From NCBI RefSeq assembly GCF_009834535.1, contig NC_045696.1, positions 81,284,001 through 81,348,000 on the forward strand: a DNA stretch of 64,000 bases, given 5' to 3'. Both the position numbers and the translations under genes were made by a program. A model generated the notes under the pieces. It was not told the DNA's origin. It did not search any database and worked only from the letters and a program-made list of their open reading frames with translations. How positions within the stretch are numbered: the first letter of the stretch is position 1; every line of letters starts with the position of its first letter. This DNA comes from Camelus ferus. Lineage: Eukaryota. Of this stretch, positions 27,801 through 41,384 are shown piece after piece.

Positions 27801-27882
27801 CACACACACATGCACACACACATTTGTTTTATTACAATATAAGACCTTAGATCACAGACTTTACTTATTTGTCTTTCCATAA

Positions 27883-28020
<138 letters not shown>

Positions 28021-28875
28021 TGACTTCTTACTGCTTCGTTAAGTATCTAACTATGCCTAACGTCACACCCTGAGTCTTGTAGAAAATTGTCATGGCCTTG
28101 GCTTATGATTTATGTAAACCAAAGGGGAAACTAAAACACATTATTTGAAGTTAAAATTATAAGACATTCCAGTGAGAATCTTTTTAATGAACTTACCCAT
28201 CATATCTGATTGCCTATTTGTAAAAAATGTTTAAACCACTTTCTGTATTTTTTGAGCTTACTCTTGCTTCCTATTAGAAAATAGATTTCAGGTTTTTGGC
28301 GAAGTATATATATTCTGAGAGCTCTTTATGCTAAATGAAACCAGGATATGAGTTTGTTGTCTTGGGTCATCTTTTTCTGATTAAAGAGAATCCTATTTAG
28401 TCACTTCTACATTGATCAAAGTTTAATTATTGGAACTTCTTTTCAGTGAGAGAGAATCAAACAGGATATTGGTAGCTCTTTATGGTGTTTCCGTAGCATA
28501 TTGCAGTGTTTTATGAAAGTGTGGTTTGTGGCTTGTTCTTTTGTATCATAAACTGGAAACTTGCTAATAAATTCGAAGCAATGTTTAAGTAGAGCGGTGG
28601 AAGTTGTGCCCACCTCTTTTCTAGTCTGCTAGCCAGTAATCAAACATAATTTGGGGTTACTATCCCATCGATAGCTGCATTGTGAGATGATATTGTTGTC
28701 ATGAATAACGGCTGAAAGTTGAGACCTTAAGATCAAAGGCAAATGTGGTGTAAGAACTGTGGGTTTTGAGATTGTGCAGTAGACAGAGAGACACCCTGTG
28801 GTCTTTGTGTAGATCACAGGACAACCTTGGGAAAAACCTAATAGTACCTAGTCTAGCTTCATAGGTGAATGGACC

Positions 28876-31800
28876 TTTTTTAAATACTTATTTAAAGTAA
28901 CACTGGTTTGTAACATTATATAACTTTCACATATACAACATTATATTTCGACTTCTGTATCCATGGACAGCATGCTCACCACCAAAAGTCTAATTTCCAT
29001 CTGTCACCCACCGTACAGTCAATCCTCTTTACCCATTTTGCCCTCCCTGCACCCGCTTTGCTTTCCCCTATGATAACCACCGATCTCTATGTGTCTGTTT
29101 TTGTTTTGTTTGTTTTTATGAGTATATACAGTATTTATTAGTGAATATGAATTTTTTTTGTTTTGTTTTTATTTCTTTTTTTAAAACATTTTTTTGTTGA
29201 GTTATAGTCATTTTACAATGTTGTGTCAAATTCCAGTGTAGGGCACAATTTTTCAGTTTTACATGAACATACATATATTCATTGTCACACTTTTTTTTCA
29301 CTGTGAGCTACCACAAGATCTTGTATATATTTCCCTGTGCTATGCAGTATGATCTTGTTTATCTATTCGACATATACCTGTCAGTATCTACAAATGTTGA
29401 ACTCCCAGTCTATCCCTTCCCACCCCCTCCCCTTTGGGAACCACAAATTTGTATTATATGTCTATGAGTCTGTTTCTGTTTCATATTTATGTTATTTTGT
29501 TTTTTGGTTTTTTGGTTCCACATATAAGCGATCTCACATGGTATGTTTCTTTCTCTTTCTGGCTTACTTCACTTAGAATGACATTCTCCAGGAACATCCA
29601 TGTTGCTGCAAATGGCCTTATGTTGTCAGTTTTTATGGCTGAATAGTATTCCATTGTATAAATGTACGACATCTTCTTTATCCAGTCATCTGTTGATGGA
29701 CATTTAGGCTGTTTCCTTGTCTTGGCTATTGTAAATAGTGCTGCTATGAACATTGGGGTGCAGGTGTCTTTTTGAAGTATGGTTCCTTCTGGATATATGC
29801 CCAGGAGCAGGATTACTGGGTCATATGGTAAGTCTATTTCTAGTCTTTTGAGGAATCTCAGTACTGTTTTCCACAATGGCTGCACCATGTTTGTTTGTTT
29901 TTAAATACTCCACATATGAATAAAATCATATGGTGCTTGTTTCTCCATCTGACTTATTTCACTCCGCATAATAGCCTCAAGATCGTTCATGTCACAAATG
30001 ACAAGATTTCATCTTCTTATGGCTAAGTAGTATTCCATTTCATATATATATACACAGATACACACATGTATATATATCACATCTTCTTTATCCATTCATC
30101 CATCTATGGATACTTAGGCTGTTTCCATACCTTGGCTATTGTAAATGTTACTGTAGTGGTCATAGAGGTACATACATCTTTTCAAGTTAGTGTTTTCATA
30201 TTCTTTGAATACCCAGAAGTATAATAGCTGGACCATATGATAGTTCTATTCTTAATTTTTTATGGACTGTACATAATATTTTCCGTAGTGACTGTACCAA
30301 TTTACATTCCCAACAATCTACAAGGGTTCCCTTTTCAACACTTACTCTCCACTCTTGCTGTTTCTTGGGATTTTTTTGGTTGGTTTTTTTTGGTTTTGGT
30401 TTTTGGGTTTTTTTTTATGATAACCATTCTAACAGGTGTAAGATTATATCTCATTGTGGTTTTGATTTGCATTTCCCTAATAATTAGTGATGTTGAACAT
30501 TTTTTCATTTGCTGGTTGGTCATCTATACATCTTCCTTAGAAAATGTCTATTCAACTTCTCTGCCCTTTTTTCAATGAGGTTGTTTGGGAGTTTTTGTTG
30601 TTGAGTTGTATGAATTTTTTAATATTTTGGATATTAACCCATTACAGGATATAGGACTTGCAAATATCTTCTCCCATTCAATAGGTTGTCTTTTGGTTTG
30701 TTGATGGTTTTTGCTGTGCAGAAGCTTATTAGTTTTATGTAGTCCCATTTGTTTATTTTTGCTTTTGTTTCCCTTGCCTGAAGAGACATATCCAAAAAGA
30801 TATTGCTGAGACCAATGTCAAAGAGTCTACTGCCTTTGTTTTCTTCTAGGAGTTTTATGGTCTATCTTAAGTTAATTTTTGTGTATGGTTTAAGATGGTG
30901 GTCTAGTTTCATTCTTCTGTATGTGGCTGTCCAGTTTTCCCAACACCATTTGTTGAAGAGACTTTCCTTTCTCCATTGTATCTTCTTGGCGCCTTTGTAC
31001 TAATTAGTTGTCTATATTTGTGGGTTTATTTCAGAGTTCTCAATTCTGTTCCATTGATCTGTGTGTCTGTTTCTCTGCCAGTACCATGCTGTTTTGATAA
31101 CTGTAGCTTTGTAGTATAATTTAAAATCAGAAAGTGTGATACCTCCAGCTTCTTTCTTTTTTCTCAGAATTGCTTTGGCTATTTAGGGTCTTTTGTGGTT
31201 CCATACAAACTAGAATTGTTTTGTTCTATTTCTGTGAAGAATGTCATTTGAATTTTGATAAGGATTGCAACGAATCTATAGATTATTTTAGATATATGGA
31301 CATTTTAACAACATTAATACTTCCAATCCATGAGCAGAGATTATCTTTCCATTTCTTTGTGTCTTCCTCAATTTCTTTCAACAATGTCTTATGGTTTTCA
31401 GTAACAGTTTTCACCTTCTTCTTTAAATTTATTCCTAGGTGTTTTATTCTTTTTGTTGTGATTGTAAGTGAGACTGTTTTCTTAATTTATCTTTCTGCTA
31501 GTTTGTTGTTATATAAGAATGTGACAGATTTTTGTATATTGATTTTGGACCCTGCAATTTCACTGTATTTATTTATTATTTCTAACAGTTTTTTAATGTA
31601 ATCTTTAGGATTTTCTATGTCTAAATGAATAGCAAAACAATGTCATTCACAAATAGTGACAGTTTTACTTCTTCCTTTCCAATTTGAATGCCTTTTATTT
31701 CTTTTTCTTGCCTATTTGCTCTGGCTGAGATTTCCAACACTATGTTGAATTAGAGTGTAAGAGTGGCGAGTGGGCATCCTTGTTTGTCTCTGATCTTAGA

Positions 31801-32630
31801 AGTTTTCAGTGTTTGATCACTGAGTATGATATTAGCTCTGAGTTTGTCATATATTGCCTTTGTTATGTTGAGGTACATTTCTTCTATATCCATTTTATTA
31901 AGAGTTTTTTAAAATCATAAATGGATATTAAATCTTGTCAAATGTTTTTCCTGCATCTATTGAGATGGTCATATGATTTTAATCCTTCATATTGTTAACA
32001 TGGTGTGTCACATTGATTGATTCCAGATATGGAACCTTCCTTGCATCCCCGGATAAATCCCACGTATCATGGTGTATGATCCTCTTGATGTGTTATTATG
32101 TATGGTTTGCCAATACTTTGCTGAGAATTCTTGCATGTGTGTTCATCAGAGATATTGACCCATTATTTTCTTTTTTGTGTGTGTTTTTCTTGTCTGGTTT
32201 TGGTATCAGGGTAATGTTGGCCTCGTCAAATGAGTTAAGAAGGGTTCCATCCTCTTCGGTTTTTTAGAAGAGTTTGAAAAGGTTAGGTATTACATCTCTT
32301 TGCTTCATCAGTGAAGCTTCCTGAGCTTTTGTTTGGGGGGAGGTTTTTGATTACTGTTTCAATGTCCTTACTAGTGATTGGTCTATTCACATCTTCTATT
32401 TCTTCATTATTCAATCTTGGAAGGTTGTTTGCTTCCAAGAATTTATCTATTTCTTCTAGGTTGTCCAATGTGTTGGTGTATATAGCTGATCCTAGTAGTC
32501 TCTTATAAGCCTTTGTATTTCTGTGGTATCCATTGTAATTTCTCTTTCACTTCTGGTTTTATTTCAGCTTTCTATCTTTTTTCTTAGTGAGTCTAGCTAA
32601 AGATTTGTCAATTTTATCTTTTAAAAGAAT
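28876..32630 (-). mobile_element. Older L1 (L1MA-like), ~3 kb 3' portion with decayed ORF2
   Basis: ORF2 remnants DNLEEIDKFLE..NLPRLNNEEIE and [21 protein letters not shown]; degenerate TSD ataggtgaatggac (28861) / atagatgcatggac (32631). Confidence 0.9.
29152..29889 (-). mobile_element. Young 5'-truncated L1 (ORF2 C-terminus + 3' UTR) nested in an older L1
   Basis: ORF 29487-29888 (VQPLWKTVLRFLKRLEIDLPYDP...CTPMFIAALFTIAK...KCPS..WIKKM) is the L1 ORF2 C-terminus; TSD tttgtttgttttta 29105-29118 / 29890-29903. Confidence 0.92.
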
Positions 32631-35600
32631 ATAGATGCATGGACTTTTCACCAAAGGACTTTAGTGATCATCTTGAAATATTCTCATGTTGCAAATGTGG
32701 AAACTGAAGCCCAAGGCCTTTGCAAATGCACAACCAGTTATGATCATCTGAGAGACTTGAACCCACATCTCCCAACACTCTGTTTAGAGGCCTTGCCAAT
32801 ATATTACCCTGTTCCTCTGATGCACTCCTATATAAATATCCAACTTACCAACAAAACAGCCTCCGAAGAGGATATTTGAAGAATTCCTCTTTTAAAGAAC
32901 ATTTTTAGTTCTCCACATGTGGGGTTATTATTGAAATTAGGTCACAAAGATGCAAACATCGCAATGTCTTTGGGACCCAGTGTCTCAAGGCATTGACAAA
33001 ATTATTTGCCTCTGTAAAAATGCAAGCTTGGAGGTTTAAAAACAAAATAATCTCCTGTAAATTTTCTCCTTCTTTCAGAGTTAGTCACTGTAATAACCTG
33101 ACAACAATCTGTCTGAAAACAGCTGCCAAGTTAAAAATTAATCTCTTGCCAAAATAAATGTCATTTATTTAAACCGCTAATGATAAGCACATTTAAATAA
33201 TTTAATTTGCAAATCCCTTCAGGGGAGCCACTAGAAAATATATGTCCCTGACCAGATATATGTATCATAATTGGCCATAAGCCATTCTTCAAACTATGGT
33301 TTATACTTAACAAGCGCTAACTAGTCTCCATCTGGGCCACAGATATTTCAGGCTACTTTATAACATACCATGGAGAATCAGAGTGTTGCAAACTTTTAAC
33401 CTTAGCTTTAGCCTTTTAAATACTTTGGCTGGCTGCAGTGCATGTGGGACTTTTGTTCTGGGCATAAAATACATCCCTGTGACTTAGTTGTTTTCAGTAG
33501 AGTGACTGGAAGAAAGACTTCTTTCTGGTCAAGCCAAAGCTTGAAATGAAACTCTTGTCTTGATCCCCTTTCTTCAAATTATGGCTAAGGAATGCAGTTT
33601 GAAATCAGTGAAAAGTTTTTGAGCTTAATGCGTAACCCTAGGTGTGGACAAAGCCTGGTGTATGAACAACCACAGGGGGCGTCGTGCTGCCCAGGGTGAT
33701 TTCAGAGGTACCGGCGGCTTCATGTGACTGTGAAAGTACCCTGAGACATCAACAAATTGAAGATTAATTTCTATGTCTTTTGTTAAAAAATAAAGAATCC
33801 TGATGAGAGAACAGGTTCAACTGTGTCAGTCATTTTAGACCTTAGTGCGAATTAGTTTGTGAGGATTATCACAAATGTAGGTTGTACAAGAGGAGGAGGA
33901 AGTCATGGCAGCTCCAGTGTGAGCTTCCTTGGTCCCTTGTCATGGGTAAAAGAAGGAGCAGGCAGAAGGGAGAAACAGGAAGACCAAGCAGAAAAGAAGG
34001 TTTGGGGGCTCCTTTAAGGTTCATTTCAACCACTTGATAGTTTTACTGTGAATCAGAGAAAAAATTGTTCTTTAAACATCTTCCTACTTCTTTGTTAGCA
34101 TCAGATCTTATCCTTTTTTCTGTTCACTATTCTTAGGAATATGATCTGTCACCAGGGAACAACTTGACAATACACTGACTTTCAAAACCATTTATTCATC
34201 CATTCAGTGAGTATTTACTGAATACCCACTGTGTGTAGGGAATTGGCCAAGCTGCATCTGTTTGTGCAGTTTTCAACTGGAAAGTTCATTTGCGACGCCA
34301 TCCAAGTTCAGTGGTTTGGTCCTGTGTGTGTGATTGTCCAGTTGGCCTAGCTGTGTATCCCAGCCTCAGGAACTGGTGTCAGCACTTTGGGCTTGTGCTG
34401 TAGATACTTTCAGCCTAGACGGCATGTTTAGAATAAAAGATGACTTGAATGCCATGGGCCTTTGTTAGATTTTTCTATCACAAAAGCCCTTTCTTTATAA
34501 TAAAGACAAAAATGCAAAAGAGAAGAGTATAGTTTGGTTTTATTATTTGATTTATTATTTCTCGATTACTATTTATTATTTCACTTGTCTACAATGTCTT
34601 TAGAAACTGCTGTAAATTAAAAAAAAAAAAAAACTAGAGCAATTCAATAAAATTAGAACCTCGGTAGGAAAGTAGTCTGAAGAGCTCATTGCTTTTTATT
34701 ACAGTCTGGTTTTGTCTGATATTTACCTGGCGCAGTAAGTGACTGACTGAAAAATAACCCCTATCCTTAGGCGGAGCGCCAGAATCTCATCTGCCTGCTG
34801 TGTTCACTTTCCCCGAGAGACCCTTCCTTTCTTGTTTTCAGAAAATCTGTCAAAACACTTCAAGTGAAAGGAAAGGTTTCATTTCCTGATAAATATGTGG
34901 GGCAATAATGAAAGCTTTCTCGTTTAATAATAAGCATTCAAAAGCCTTGAAATTAATAAAACTGTTCAAAATTCGTAGACTGTTTAAATTGTTATTTTTT
35001 AAAGCTGGATTTCATTTCGGTTGGATAGGATTTGCCAAGTATTTTATAGTCCTGTATATTTATTGCTTTAACAGAACTATTTGCTGAAGAAAGTTCTCTG
35101 TGGCCAAAAGCCCGTAAATAGCACATCTGTTGAATAAAGACTAGCACATCTGTCTGCTGGAATACTACGCAGCCCTTTCATCAGTGAGGTAGTGTATACG
35201 CTGAAGCTGGGCAGATCCCAAGATGCAGTGTTAGGTATGAAAAGCAACTTACAGCATAGCACATGTAATAGAGTTTTAACTTCCCCTACCCCCTGGACAA
35301 ATGGCATGTGGATGAAGAACTTCAACTTTTTATTTTATATATCTTTCTATTCTGTTCTGATTTTTTAAACCATAAACTGGTCGTGCTTTTATAGTAATTT
35401 AGTAAAGTAAGAGAACTACAGTGAAATGGCATATCCCCTCAGCCCCACCCCCCATCCTCTGGCTGATCTGTGATAATATTGTTTATTATCCACCCAAATT
35501 CTGTTTACGACACTTGGCACACAGATGCTGTGGATCGTTTGCAGACACAGGTGTCTCCTGTAGGGTTTAGGTGAACATTGTGCTCTGGCCATAGAGCAAA

Positions 35601-36169
35601 TACTCACTCTCCAGTGTTACAGATAATTAGCATTATTCAGGCAGGATGAAGAGAGCTCCTCTAGGCGAGCAGCTTGGCTGGAGATGAAGTGAGCCAACCT
35701 CACTAGTCGGTGGGTGGGAGCGAGTCACCGAGATGCATGCAGGGTGTCATGTGAGAGGATGATATTCAGACTGCAGAACTCGATTTACCTCTCAGACAAG
35801 GCCTGGCCTCTGTCTCCTGAGAGTCCAACAGGGTCCGAACCCCATGGAGTAAGAAGGAAGGAGGATACAGACACCAGTGTTATCTCACCAGCGGAAACAA
35901 ACTTCTGGTAAACATTATTTCTTATGCTCCATGTTCACACCCACCTAGACAGGATTCCTTGACTAGACACATCACCACCTCCTCTGGGCTTCAGGCTGAT
36001 CCCCACGTGAAGAGAATAAGCTATTCTTCCAGCACTTTCCCTTTGGTCAGATAACAAATGTAGATGAAATGGGATTATGAGTAAGTGCCAGTGCTTGAAC
36101 GTCCTCTGGGACCCTGAACTCACCACCTTGGCTCTGTTGATACATAATGTTGTTTGTAAGTATATGGCA

Positions 36170-36420
36170 TAGTGAGTAAGCGGCAGGCTTTTGAAGTGGG
36201 ACAGGGCTGGTTTAAAATGTAGACTTCACCTCCTCGCACTGTATTCCTTCAGGGAAGTTATTTAACCTTTCTGAGCACCTGTGGGAATTTAAAAAATCGT
36301 AAATTACAATTTTATTAGAATTATTATTAATTATTTATTAGAATAAAGTGAGCTAACATATATAAAGGTATTGATTCAGTGTCTAACCCTTGGTAAGTAC
36401 TCAATATATGATAGTTAATC
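36170..36420 (+). mobile_element. MIR SINE
   Basis: tatggcatagtgagtaag...gggaagttatttaacctttctgagc...ggtaagtactcaata. Confidence 0.6.
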
Positions 36421-36478
36421 GTTGTGTTTATGTGTCATGATGGTACTGCCATTTGGACCATTTTTGACCTGAGAAACC

Positions 36479-36504
36479 CAGCAACAGCAACAGCAACAGC
36501 AACA
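36479..36504. repeat. (CAGCAA)4 hexamer repeat
   Basis: cagcaacagcaacagcaacagcaaca. Confidence 0.85.
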
Positions 36505-36759
36505 TCATAGGATTTGGACCTCCCATTTGTATTAGACACCTCTAACTGTCTGCTTGTGTTGAACCAGAATTCACTTATCTGTAACTTCTACCTCTAGATT
36601 AAGGTGCTGCCCTTAGGGACCACAATAAATTCAATTTTCTTTTTCTAGTGGGAACACTTCCAAAAAGAGAATGGTAAATAAGTTACATGACAGAAGACTG
36701 ATTTCTCTTGGTAAAAAAGATGGATTTCTTGGTCTTGCTGAAACTTGGTAGAATCCACT

Positions 36760-37070
36760 GTACCAGTTGTGCCTATTATAGAGCTATTGTCTGTCAACTC
36801 GAGACCACCTTGCTACCCTCTGCTGTGGGATGATGGGGCTAGGACTCGGCGAACCCCGTTTCCGCCTGTCCATCTGACTTCTTCAGCTCTTGCCCATAGA
36901 GGTAGACTGCAGGGCTGGGGGAGGAAGGACATGCCCTTTCCTGTTTCCTTCCTCTAAGCTTCTTGTTTATTCCTGCATCATCCCGACAACTTCCTTGAGT
37001 GCCCTTAAGTACCAGAGCTCATCGTCAGCTCACCTGCCTCAGCTTTGCTGGTTCTGCACTGGTAACTGGA
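36760..37070 (+). mobile_element. ERVL LTR33-like fragment
   Basis: ctctgctgtgggatgatggggctaggactc... resembles the LTR33 5' region (recall only). Confidence 0.5.
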
Positions 37071-37909
37071 CTTCAGGATCTGTCTATACCAGTATTTGTT
37101 AAATACCCACTATGTGCACTGCATTGTGTTATGCACTTTGCGTATCTTATCTTATTGGGTTCTTGTATTAACCCAGCACAATAGGTGTTCTCTTCATATT
37201 ACAGCTGAGGAGGTGGGCTCAGAGGAGTTGAGGGGCTCAACTCAGGTCTACTGGCTGCACAGGATGTGTTCTTTCTGCCTCTCGGAGTATGCTGGGGTTC
37301 TCTTCCTGGGCCACCCTGCCTCTCTTTCCTGTGTGGCTGGTTCTGCCATCTGACAGTGTTCTCTTCACTTGTTGGACAGCCGAGCCCCAGAAGGAATGCT
37401 CTCTCATTGTGTTCAGGTTTCCTTCGTGCAGCTGGCCCCACACTGGCCAGAATTTCTGTGCTTGCCTCTGTCTTCTCAGAGGCACTAGAATTTGTCTCTG
37501 TTCTGTTTGTAATGCACCCAGGACTGGGCTATTAATCATGCCACAGGCTGGGCTGCACAGCACCTCTAGCATAATGAATTACCCAGCTCCTGCCAAAATG
37601 AGTCACACCATGGCCACAAAGGAAACTTATCTCTCCCCGACTCTCTCCTCATCTTGTTCCTCCCTCTTCCCTTTCTCGTCTCCTGTGATCTGTCTTGCCA
37701 GTTGTAATTGGAACATTTTCTCCCGTATTTAAGTTCTGAAGTGTCTTTGGGACTTGCTAATGTATCCAAAGGCTTAAACAAGGCCCGTCAAGGACGTTTA
37801 TTGCTCTCTAGCATGGGCAGTTAAGCGCAGCTTGCAAGCAGCTCTGGGTATATATGGCCAGGAATATAAATGTTCCTTTTGGAAAATAAGAGAATCCCAG
37901 CCAAAAACA

Positions 37910-37910
<1 letters not shown>

Positions 37911-37963
<53 letters not shown>
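37911..37963. repeat. Perfect (AAC)~17 microsatellite
   Basis: Uninterrupted aac run; likely polymorphic. Confidence 0.95.
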
Positions 37964-38259
37964 AAGAGCCTTGACAATGTCAGATGAAGGCTTAAAGAAG
38001 TAATTTCCGGCTTGGTCATGTGATAAAGGATGCCCAGGAGTTGGGATGCTGTGACCTTTGATTTGAAGGGGTTGTTCTGGAATTTTGGGGAGAGCAGCCT
38101 AAGAGCAGATCTGAGACGATATGGACTGAATAAAGGAAACATCTCTCTTTACTAACCCTTCCTGCTTCCTGTGGGATAAATCCAGGATCACCTAACAACT
38201 GGGACCCCTCTTTTTTCTTACCATTGAAATATGCTTCCTCAAATTATTGCTGTATACAT

Positions 38260-38726
38260 ATTATCACTAAGAAGTGCTTTTGGCTGTACTTACGTTTCTT
38301 CTGTCACCAAAAGTTTGGAGGCAGACAGTCTAGGGATAGTGTGGTGGCTCATTAATACCCAGTCTCCTGCCTTTCTGCCCTCTCCTCATTAATTTGTTGA
38401 CTTATTGCCTCATGGTTGCAAGATGGATGCTGTAGCTCCAAAGAGCATGCTTTTATTCAAGGCACTAAGAAGTGGGGAAGACTTGTCAAGACACTGGCTG
38501 TATTTGTCACTTAGTTCAGGAAAAGCAAAAGCTTTCCCAGAAGCTCCCAGAAGATGTTTGCCTGGGTTTCATTGGCCAGAACTATGTCATAGCCTTACCT
38601 GCCATCCTTAGCTGCAGGGAAATCTGGACAAACAAGTTTAGCTTTCCTATACTCTGAAATGGAGGCAGCAAGGGAAACAGGGGTTGAAATGCCTGTTGGG
38701 TTAGCCAACAAACAGTACCCGCCACA
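38260..38726 (-). mobile_element. MaLR MLT1-type LTR
   Basis: cctcatggttgcaagatggatgctgtagctcc...tcattggccagaact...gccaca terminus. Confidence 0.75.
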
Positions 38727-39349
38727 ACCAAATAGAGGAAAATCAGAGAAGACTGAACTCGGCAGGCAAAGGCAGTCTTACCTAACAGAAGAGGACAAGG
38801 AAATTAGTCATATTCCTGAGCCCACCATGTGCCAGGTTTGTGCTGGGCAGCATACCTGCATAGGTACGTGTCACAGTCGCCTCCGCTGTGGAACGGAAAC
38901 ATAGGCTCCGAGCAGATTCTATGTGCAATTAAATTAGGAACCTGGATTTGAATCCAGGTCTGTCTGACTTAAAAGGCTACTCATGCTGCCTCTCAGAAGT
39001 TGAGCACTGGTTTTAGGTGTGGCTCGCTGAATCTCAGCACCTTCATTTGAATTGCCAGCATCTTAAGTTGCCTGCAGACAATGTAGAAGTCTGAAGCAAT
39101 TATTTTATGGGCCCCTAACAAGTTTTATTTAAAAGGTGAGTTCTCCAGTCTGTTACGCTGTGATGACGGTTAATAAAGAACAAGTCTGGGCAGGAGATCC
39201 AGCCCTGAGTAAAACCTGGTGCTGAGTTGCTTTATGATCTTGGGTGAGTCATTTGTTTTCTTTCATCTGTGAAATGAAAGGTTTGACTAGGTGATCTATG
39301 AAAGGTCTCACAGCCTTAGGTCACTTAGGTTTTGCTCTTTTCTCTTACC

Positions 39350-39770
39350 ATCTTTCATTTGTTCATTCATTTAACAAATATTTACTAAGTGCCTACTATG
39401 TGCCAGGCACTGTTCTGGTGCTATGTACAAGTCAACAAAACAAAGATCCTTGCCCTTGGGGACCTTGTGTTCTAGTGTGTGTGTGTGTCGGGCACAGGGA
39501 ACACAAACAATGAGTGAAAAACATAATAAAGTAGCGATGAGTAGATTACAGTTATTAGAAGATGATCAGTTCTCTAGGGACCAAAAGTGGGAAAGGGGAA
39601 GGGGGACTGGCAGTGCTGGGAGAGAGGGTCAGTGGTCCTCACCGAGGACATGGCACTTGAGTAGAGACTTTACAGAGGAGCAGCTGGCACGTAATTGGGG
39701 CGAGGACTGCAGACCGGGAGGAGCTGCAGCAAAGACCCAAAGGCAGAAGTTTGCCTGAGTTTTCTGAGCA
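39350..39770 (-). mobile_element. L2 3' fragment
   Basis: ttcattcatttaacaaatatttactaagtgcctactatgtgccaggcactg. Confidence 0.8.
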
Positions 39771-41384
39771 TTTCCTTCCCTGCTCTGAGGACTGGCCTGG
39801 AGCTTTTCTCATACCAGTTCCATCATTTCCTTTCAGATGTGTTGACTTTCAAACCAGTTCAAGCTTCCTAGACTTGAAGGCTTTAAGTTTGAGCCTGCTG
39901 TGGCAGGGCGTAGATCCCGGCCACCGCTTTCATATTTGCACTTGGTTCACACTGCAGAGACACTTCATTCCTAGAGAGGTTGGGAAGACGGTGGGAGAAC
40001 TACCAAGGCCTGGGGTGTTATCAGAACAGCACAATCCACCACTTCCAGACTGTTCTACTGTGTTTCCTATTGAATGCTTCCTGCACAGTGAGAACAGTCT
40101 GTGTTTCCTGTTGAGTGACTCAGTGTTTTCATCATATTCCCCAATGACTGTCTGTGTCAATCAACCATAAAATTCCAGGTACAAGAGAGCTGCATTTTCA
40201 TCTTTACCAGTTACTGCTCCTGAGCCAACCAGTGATGGGTGGACTGGACTTTCCCCATTCGCTCCAGAAGGAACCTCAGTAAGCAAGGCCAGGAGCCTGC
40301 AGGAAAACTCAGCCACTTGCTGAGCTGTGTAAACCGTATGTGTGTCTGTGTGTGTGTGTTCAATGACAGCTTAGAATACACCTTCAACTAGAACAAGGAA
40401 GGATGGCAGTTGCCTTCTTGAATTGCGTCCATGCAGAGAGGTTACTTGGAATCTGTGGACAGCAGTGTCTTGCAGGTGCATTGTTATATCCAGTTGGACT
40501 GAGAACTTGTAACATTTATGTGGACAGGTCAATGGGCTCATGAATGAAAGAATCCTCCCTTGGTCCTAGTGTGGGGTTGGCGGGTGCCCCCACCAGCTGC
40601 TCTAAGGTAGACTGCACTTTAGGCAAGAGTCTAGATCCCCTAGAAAGTTGTATGGGCCTTGGTCCAAATACTGAACACGTGTGGGTGTCACGCACAGGAT
40701 ACTGAGTTTAGTTCTAGGGAATGGCTCAGGGTAGATTTCATAGTTCTTTTCTAGTTACTTCTCCTTTCTGTGTGGCCACGATATTTGTTTGATGGGAATA
40801 GCAGGGAAACTTAACTTTGATGTCTGAAATCTGAGTGAGGTTACAGGTGAGAATTTGGAATTATGTCCAAAACTCAGGGTATATTTAAAATGAAAGGCGG
40901 GTGAGTCTTCATCAGGACTGTGGGCCATTGAACCAAATTTTACATGTGTTTTCTTACCAACGTTCTGGGAAGCTGAAGCAGCAGTATCTTTTGGGGATTT
41001 CCCATCTCTTGATTTGCTTTCCTCCTACGCAATATTTAGAAACGACTGAGCCATAGACACAGAGTAGGGGAGAGGCATGTTGTTAGAGATGGAGGTTGTA
41101 CAGGTAAAGGTGGAAGCATTAGCCCAGAAAATTCTGGTAAGAATAAAAGTCAGAATGGGATGAAGAAAGACCATAATATAAGGGTATAGGATTTCTGTTT
41201 TACATATTAGTCTACTTAGAAGATAAAAGATACTGTTCGTTCATTCAGCAACTATATCGAGTACCTACAACTGTGTCCGGTTCTGTTCTAAGCACTGATA
41301 CATCAGAGAATACCACCATCCAAAAGCTTCGCTGTCCTCATCTTATTTGATTAAATGATACAAAATTGCTGTTTTTGTAGGTTA

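Noticed and set aside
29487..29888. 133-aa ORF with clear protein similarity
   Set aside because: 5'-truncated L1 ORF2 C-terminus, not a host gene
37798..38142. Poly-Cys ORF (and the poly-Leu ORF at 10266-10466)
   Set aside because: Translations of the (AAC)n and (TTA)n microsatellites
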